This document shows, piece by piece, positions 6,649-11,571 of a stretch of 11,571 nucleotides of DNA. The DNA is from a virus. How positions within the stretch are numbered: the first letter of the stretch is position 1; each line of letters begins with the position of its first letter. The position numbers were made by a program, and so were the translations under genes. A model generated the notes under the pieces. The model did no database searches and was not told the DNA's origin. It was given only the letters and a program-made list of their open reading frames with translations. The stretch lies in UHGV virus genome UHGV-0116702; one strand, written 5' to 3'.

Positions 6649-6673
6649 AGAATTGGTTGGGTGAAAATCTACG

Positions 6674-6714
6674 GGAGAGATTATCGAGTGACATCGGTAG
6701 TTTCTCCTTTTTTT
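6674..6714 (+). terminator. Candidate intrinsic terminator
   Basis: GGAGAGA (6674-6680) pairs with TTTCTCC (6701-6707) with one G-U pair, then T7 (6708-6714). The 20-nt loop is long, so confidence is moderate. Confidence 0.4.
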
Positions 6715-6736
6715 GTATGTGTGCTACATGAAATCT

Positions 6737-6787
6737 GTAAAGCTAATATCCACACTGAAAAATAGAATTTACGTAGCTCACGCTTAA
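6737..6787 (+). repeat. Direct repeat A (51 bp, 38-bp perfect core) immediately upstream of the tape-measure gene
   Basis: GTAAAGCTAATATCCACACTGAAAAATAGAATTTACGTAGCTCACGCTTAA. Core 6750-6787 is identical to 9024-9061. Contains a -10-like TAGAAT with no good -35. Confidence 0.8.
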
Positions 6788-6804
6788 AGAGGTGAAAAAT
6801 ATGA

Positions 6805-8985
6805 ATGAGCAAATTCACAGTTGATAGTTTTATCGTTGAACTAGGCTTCAATGAAAACGTTATTAAGGGCTTGCAAAGAGTTGAAAAGGCAGCTTTGCAG
6901 TCAGCACAAAGAATTGAACGTAATTTGAATAGAGCGTTTAAGGTCGATACCAAGCAACTTGACAGCAACCTGACAAGTTCTTTAGGGCAACTTGAAAGGA
7001 AGTTTAATAAGACCTTTGACAAGATTGAACAGAGAGCAAGAAATACTAAAGCTTTCCAGTTTACCACCAGATTTAATGACACTGTTAATCCTCCAAAACA
7101 ACCGAGACAGCCACGAATTAGCGGCAACAGAGCAATCACAGCAGCGCATAGCGTGAATATGTCTAAGCTTGGTGATATTAATCCGCTGATGGCTAAAATG
7201 TTTAAAGCACAGTATTACAGCTTAAGCGGTAAGGCTGGTAATATTGGAAGTGAAAAGTTTAACGCTGAACTTGCAAAATTAAATCAATCTCTTCGTGAAA
7301 CGTTGAATAAACTCAGGTCACAGACAAAGACCACCAGCATTAACAATACAAGCGACGCATTTAATAATCTTGCAAGCAATGCAATCAAGTTATCTGGTGC
7401 ATTTTACTCTGTGATGGGTGCTCTTAACGCTTACAAGGCCATTATGAATGCAGGTCTTAAACGAGATTCCGCACAGAGAGCCGCTAAGTTTGTACTTGGT
7501 GATAAAGCATCTGAAGCTGAGGTATTTATTCGAAATTTAGCAGACAAGACAGGTCTTAATATCTCTGAAGGGCTATCAAGCTACGCTAAGTTTGCAGCAG
7601 GTGCTCAGGGTTCTATGTCACAGGAACAGACACAGGAGCTATTTGGTAATGCAACGGCTATGAGTCGCTTAATGGGGCTTTCTAACGATGAGCTAAACGG
7701 CATTTTGAAAGCATTTGAGCAGATGGCGAGCAAGGGCAAGATTCAGGCTGAAGAGCTTCGTGGACAGTTAGGTGACCGTATGGCTGGTGCATTTAAGCTA
7801 TTCGCTGAAGCATTGGGTATGACTGCTACAGAGCTTGATAAAGCGATGAAAGACGGGAAGATTTTAAGTAGTGATACTCTCCCTAAAGTCGCTAAACAGA
7901 TGGGCTTGATGATTGATAAAGCGGGTGGCTGGGCTGAAGTCGCTAAGAGCACTCAGACAGCTTTAGGGAAACTGGCTAACAACTGGGATGATACGATGGT
8001 GAAAATCTTCTCAGGTTCACAGGATGAGCTAAACGGCTTCTTATCCAGCCTGAGTAACCTGCTTAGTGAAATGGGGATGAGTTCATCTATCGCTGGTGAT
8101 GCTATCGGTGGACTTATCGACATGCTTAAAGCTGGTGTGGATGACATCCGTATCTTTAACAATCACCTTGAAGGCTGGATTCTACAGACTAAGAAGTTCT
8201 ATTACAGCCTTGATGACACTAAACGAAAACTACTTGATGAAGTCGGTGATGGTTTTATCAACTTCGTCAAAGGTCTTGCTATAGCGTTATCTGCAAAGAC
8301 ACTATTCAGTGCTGCTACAGGGGTTATAAACCTGACAAGAGCAATCACAACGTTAGGTACAAGAGCTAATCAGGTTGCTGGTCAGGTAGCTACTGGTAAA
8401 GGTGGTGGAAAACTGAAAGGTGTAGCTGGTGGTGTAGGTAGTGCTCTTGCAATTGGTTATGCTGATGACGGTTATGAAACAGCGTTAGCATTAGCTTCAA
8501 TGATTCCACAAATCAGAGGCGTCACTCTTGGTTTATATGCATTGAAGAAAGCACTGGATTTTATGAATCAGGAAGTAGTCAAAAACGCTAATATGCATCC
8601 ATCTGGGGTAGGTGTGGGTAGTGACTTTAATCCCGTGTATTCTGGTGACCCTAATAAACCGAATATGATTAACGAAGGATGGGGTAGAATTTTTAGTTCA
8701 ATGGGTGAATTGTTTAACAATGCCACAATGAATATTGCAAGATTCAATCATCCAGAGTTAAACAACATTAAGCAAGATTCAGCATTAACGAGTGCAGATA
8801 TTCAGAGTCTGAGGGATGAAATCTCTGCTTTAAGTAAGCGTATTCAGGAGCCTGTGAAAGTTTCCTTGGGTGGTGAAGTTGCCATTAAACCAGATGAAAC
8901 CAGCTTTATGACCTTTAGCAGTAATATCTACGACCAATATGCAGAAGCTACGCTATTAAGTTCATCATTCCCAGAAGATGATTGA
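6805..8985 (+). CDS. Phage tail tape-measure-domain protein (726 aa)
   Basis: N-terminal coiled-coil-like segment, then LNGILKAFEQMASKGKIQAEELRGQLGDRMAGAFKLFAEALGMTATELDKAMKDGKILSSDTLPKVAKQMG, which matches the conserved tape-measure core. Downstream there are glycine-rich hydrophobic stretches (ATGKGGGKLKGVAGGVGSALAIGYA). SD AAGAGG is about 13 nt upstream. Confidence 0.7.
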   Translation: MSKFTVDSFIVELGFNENVIKGLQRVEKAALQSAQRIERNLNRAFKVDTKQLDSNLTSSLGQLERKFNKTFDKIEQRARNTKAFQFTTRFNDTVNPPKQPRQPRISGNRAITAAHSVNMSKLGDINPLMAKMFKAQYYSLSGKAGNIGSEKFNAELAKLNQSLRETLNKLRSQTKTTSINNTSDAFNNLASNAIKLSGAFYSVMGALNAYKAIMNAGLKRDSAQRAAKFVLGDKASEAEVFIRNLADKTGLNISEGLSSYAKFAAGAQGSMSQEQTQELFGNATAMSRLMGLSNDELNGILKAFEQMASKGKIQAEELRGQLGDRMAGAFKLFAEALGMTATELDKAMKDGKILSSDTLPKVAKQMGLMIDKAGGWAEVAKSTQTALGKLANNWDDTMVKIFSGSQDELNGFLSSLSNLLSEMGMSSSIAGDAIGGLIDMLKAGVDDIRIFNNHLEGWILQTKKFYYSLDDTKRKLLDEVGDGFINFVKGLAIALSAKTLFSAATGVINLTRAITTLGTRANQVAGQVATGKGGGKLKGVAGGVGSALAIGYADDGYETALALASMIPQIRGVTLGLYALKKALDFMNQEVVKNANMHPSGVGVGSDFNPVYSGDPNKPNMINEGWGRIFSSMGELFNNATMNIARFNHPELNNIKQDSALTSADIQSLRDEISALSKRIQEPVKVSLGGEVAIKPDETSFMTFSSNIYDQYAEATLLSSSFPEDD

Positions 8986-9010
8986 TTTAACGGTGTTCTA
9001 CGTGAATAAA

Positions 9011-9061
9011 GCAAAGTTAATACCCACACTGAAAAATAGAATTTACGTAGCTCACGCTTAA
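9011..9061 (+). repeat. Direct repeat B (copy of repeat A) immediately downstream of the tape-measure gene
   Basis: GCAAAGTTAATACCCACACTGAAAAATAGAATTTACGTAGCTCACGCTTAA; 48/51 identical to 6737-6787, offset 2274 bp; lies about 80 nt upstream of the ATG at 9142. Confidence 0.8.
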
Positions 9062-9141
9062 CAGAGAAAATACTTATATATCAAAGGCTTGGTTAAAAAT
9101 GATTAAAATACACTAAGCCTTTGAAATCAAAGGAGAATTTA

Positions 9142-9930
9142 ATGATTTTTAGCAATCAAATCCGCTACAGTGGCAAAGATGGCGTTTACTTCCACTTAAG
9201 AGATAATGTAGATGCCTTCTTAACCTTATCAGCAACTGAGAACATGGAATTTGATAGCCCTATGCAGGTGACTACACAGAACATGCAATCAGGGCAAACC
9301 GTCACAGATAATGTGCAAAGAGCACCCAGAACAATCACTATTAGCGGTGTCGTTGTAGTTGGCTATGAAGGGAGCTTATTATTAACTCGTCAGGGTCAAT
9401 TAGTAGAGAACTTCATCGACACTCTTGAAAACTGGCGTGACCAGAAACAAATTATTTCGGTCATCTGTAAAGACGGAATTAAAATTGATGATTCCATTAT
9501 CACAAGTTTTAAAGCCTCTAAAGATGTTGGAATTTCAAACGGATTAAGAATCCAACTAACTTTTCAGGAAATTAACTTCAGAGCTGTTGTGGGGCAGACT
9601 GATATCTCGGCTGCAACTGGAAAAGCCGCGACTACGAACGATGGTGGTGTGACCAGTAAGAAGAATGCAGGTAACGTGACCACTGAACGCAATAACGCGC
9701 CTATGCTATCGTGCAAAGAGCTAATGAGTATTAGCGATGTATCCGGTTACGCTCCAGCTATCAGAAATGATATTCTCGATGCTCAGATTAAGTGTAATAA
9801 GGCTTGGAAGCTGGACTATTCAGACTTAACAGAAGCTGAAAAAACCAACGTCACCAATGCTAATAGTAACGCTGGTCGGGTAGCTTCAAAGCTTAAAAAG
9901 TACTCAGTGAACCCTCACAAAAAATACTAA
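9142..9930 (+). CDS. Hypothetical protein (262 aa); possibly tail-associated on positional grounds only
   Basis: ATG 6 nt after AAGGAG SD; the track ORF from 9121 is the same frame from an upstream TTG. Sits directly after the tape-measure gene, where siphophages usually encode the distal tail protein, but I see no diagnostic motif. Confidence 0.55.
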   Translation: MIFSNQIRYSGKDGVYFHLRDNVDAFLTLSATENMEFDSPMQVTTQNMQSGQTVTDNVQRAPRTITISGVVVVGYEGSLLLTRQGQLVENFIDTLENWRDQKQIISVICKDGIKIDDSIITSFKASKDVGISNGLRIQLTFQEINFRAVVGQTDISAATGKAATTNDGGVTSKKNAGNVTTERNNAPMLSCKELMSISDVSGYAPAIRNDILDAQIKCNKAWKLDYSDLTEAEKTNVTNANSNAGRVASKLKKYSVNPHKKY

Positions 9931-11450
9931 ATCTCTACTACATCAACATCTATTAAACCCCTCTCAGTGACTTCAGAAAGCGACTGTATAGCCTCTGTAA
10001 CGTCCTCTGAGGGGTTTTCTGTTATTGATAAGGTGATTGACTTACCATTGTGAAAAGTTACTTTACAGCGACGTTTAGCAGTATTTAAAACGACCTCTTT
10101 AACAGCACTTTTGATTATCAGTTGTGCTTCAATTCTCCCCGCCTTTGTAGTCAAGTCACAATCAGACAAACACCCCACATCAATAGATTTAAGGCGTTGT
10201 GTCTCCTTCTCGATATCCGCATCAACCTGTGATAGCTCACCTTTTAACTGCTTTAGTTTGATGGTAATAGCTGACAAATCTTCAATTTCAAGTGATAGCT
10301 GTACCAGCTTTTCAATATTGCTTGAGATGTGTTCACGGTGTAGCCTCAACATATCTATGGTATTCGTCGTATCGCTATCAAATCGGTCAAGACGAGATAG
10401 CAGAGTAAGCAATGTACCATCGGTTTGCTTACGTGAAAGTCCTTTAGCACTACAACGGTTTTCATTACGAAGAGGACAACGATAAATCCCGTTTCTTGTA
10501 TCACTAAAGCCTGTGATAATCAGAGCATGACCACATTCAGAACAACGGATAACACCTTTAAAGAGATTCACACTCAATGGTTTATCTGAAACAGACCTCT
10601 TTCCATAACGAGAATGTGATAGTTGTTGAACTTTGTAGAATGTTGTTTCATCTATAATTGCAGGATAATAACCAGCTATCTCCTCACAGCCTTTAGGTGT
10701 GAAGTAACCAATTACAGAGCGATTCTTCAGAAGGTCTTGTACTGAGGTTTGACCAAACTTACCAGCTTTATATTGGTTAAGCGTCTGGTGACCTTCATCA
10801 TTAAGAGTCCTGACAATCGCCCAGATAGATTTGCCCTCTAACCGTAGCTGAAAGCACCTCTTCACAGTTTCTACCTTCTCAGGTATTACAGAGAAGCTTT
10901 TACGGTCATCATTCAGCCTTAACCATGCAGGACAACGCCTAGAAATCTTGATACCAGCTTTAGCAGCTTCTTTCTTTGCATCCCATGCAGCTTGTATACG
11001 CTCAGCCTTACGTAATGATTCCTCATGCGCCCTTTGCATTATCAGAATGCTTTTAATCAGGGATAACGGGTCTCTTAAGCTTTCCTTTGTGTAATGTTCA
11101 CCATCGGACAAGGTGACTACATCTACACCAGAGCGAAGAATGTTTCGTAATAGCTCACTTGCTCGGTCTACGGCCTGACGTGACAAACGGTCTAAACTCT
11201 CGATTAGTAGTGTATCACCAGCTTTAACAAGCCCTTTCTCGATAGCGGTTAAAAAGTCACCTAAGCCACCTTTCAAGTGCTTACCAGTGAATCCACTCAC
11301 ACCTAAATCACGGAAGGATAAATCTTGGTCAAGGTAGTACTCAGGTTGAGCCTTAAGCCAGTCATTAACCATCTTAGACTGTCTGCGTAGTGAATCACCT
11401 CGGGATTGCTTCTCAGATGAAAACCTGATGTAAGAAATGGCACGTTTCAT
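9927..11450 (-). CDS. Large serine recombinase (integrase, 507 aa)
   Basis: N-terminal resolvase-type catalytic domain with the nucleophile motif YIRFSSEKQ and arginines in DRLSR; central recombinase region; Cys-rich zinc ribbon CSECGH...[11 protein letters not shown]; C-terminal coiled-coil-like segment. GAGGTG SD 4 nt before the ATG. Confidence 0.9.
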   Translation of the reverse strand: MKRAISYIRFSSEKQSRGDSLRRQSKMVNDWLKAQPEYYLDQDLSFRDLGVSGFTGKHLKGGLGDFLTAIEKGLVKAGDTLLIESLDRLSRQAVDRASELLRNILRSGVDVVTLSDGEHYTKESLRDPLSLIKSILIMQRAHEESLRKAERIQAAWDAKKEAAKAGIKISRRCPAWLRLNDDRKSFSVIPEKVETVKRCFQLRLEGKSIWAIVRTLNDEGHQTLNQYKAGKFGQTSVQDLLKNRSVIGYFTPKGCEEIAGYYPAIIDETTFYKVQQLSHSRYGKRSVSDKPLSVNLFKGVIRCSECGHALIITGFSDTRNGIYRCPLRNENRCSAKGLSRKQTDGTLLTLLSRLDRFDSDTTNTIDMLRLHREHISSNIEKLVQLSLEIEDLSAITIKLKQLKGELSQVDADIEKETQRLKSIDVGCLSDCDLTTKAGRIEAQLIIKSAVKEVVLNTAKRRCKVTFHNGKSITLSITENPSEDVTEAIQSLSEVTERGLIDVDVVEI

Positions 11451-11476
11451 TGTTCACCTCAAAACTGATGCCCTAG

Positions 11477-11505
11477 ATTGTATCGTTTTAGATGGTGTAT
11501 TTAAA
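11477..11505 (-). promoter_or_regulatory. Candidate promoter for the recombinase gene
   Basis: On the minus strand: TTTAAA, 17-nt spacer, TACAAT, about 25 nt upstream of the recombinase ATG. The -35 is weak. Confidence 0.3.
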
Positions 11506-11571
11506 CGTGTCTAATAAAAATCACCCGATTAACGCCGCGCTGATGTAAACCGCGATTAAGCGTTTGTTCCT

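Larger units (their letters stand above)
45..11526. mobile_element. Putative integrated island (phage-satellite-like / integrative element) with a large serine recombinase at the right end; boundaries approximate
   Basis: Interior is AT-rich while the first ~45 nt and last ~45 nt are visibly GC-richer (about 60% and 50% by hand count). Recombinase gene lies at the right edge reading inward. Related short sequences sit at both edges (45-57 GTCTAAAATCATC; 11509-11523 GTCTAATAAAAATCA). No direct-repeat att core can be proven from this window alone. Confidence 0.35.

Noticed and set aside
6737-6787. Reading the 51-bp direct repeat as a standard sigma70 promoter
   Set aside because: A TAGAAT -10-like hexamer is present but no acceptable -35 at 16-18-bp spacing in either copy; kept only as a possible activator-dependent promoter or recombination site.
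6681-8284. Minus-strand ORFs 6681-7139, 7743-7952, 7953-8162 and plus-strand ORF 8096-8284 inside the tape-measure gene
   Set aside because: All lie within or antisense to the 726-aa CDS, which has a recognisable conserved domain; the alanine/serine/leucine-rich products look like frame-shadow artefacts.
9142-9930. Calling the 262-aa protein a distal tail protein
   Set aside because: The only support is its position downstream of the tape-measure gene; no diagnostic motif was recognised, so it is left as hypothetical.
10111-10485. 124-aa plus-strand ORF inside the recombinase gene
   Set aside because: Antisense to a CDS with clear serine-recombinase motifs; serine-rich and no RBS.
1-11571. 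CRISPR array, tRNA/tmRNA, rRNA or transposase
   Set aside because: No regularly spaced identical 25-40-bp repeats with unique spacers; no convincing T-loop (GTTCRANYC) with an acceptor-stem context; no rRNA-like conserved blocks; no DDE or IS-type transposase ORF.
11451-11571. Confident call of the right end as an integron attC / Vibrio-type repeat
   Set aside because: The resemblance rests on short remembered end motifs and the window stops mid-site; kept only as a low-confidence note.

Overview
AT-rich, accessory-type window that looks like one integrated mobile island of roughly 11.5 kb, with GC-richer sequence only at the extreme ends (about 1-45 and 11527-11571). A 507-aa large serine recombinase sits at the right end on the minus strand (9927-11450). 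All other supported genes are on the plus strand and read toward it, apart from one small divergent minus-strand ORF: a phage-type N6-adenine DNA methyltransferase with a C-terminal resolvase-type HTH (1721-2389), a tightly coupled four-gene operon containing a small HNH-like protein (3421-4658), several small hypothetical proteins, and a 726-aa protein with a phage tail tape-measure domain (6805-8985) followed by a 262-aa hypothetical protein. No terminase, portal, capsid, tail-tube or replication genes are visible, so this is not a complete prophage; the content fits a phage-satellite-like or defence/cargo island, though that is inference. The non-coding DNA is unusually structured: a 1.66-kb stretch with no convincing ORF, a conserved box family (core GCGTTACAGAGCG / GCGATTGAGAGCG) arranged as inverted pairs at three loci, two tandem ~94-bp repeats, a duplicated hairpin, and near-identical 51-bp direct repeats bracketing the tape-measure gene. 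No rRNA, tRNA, CRISPR array or transposase was found. All functional calls rest on motif recognition by eye and need HMM or structure searches.
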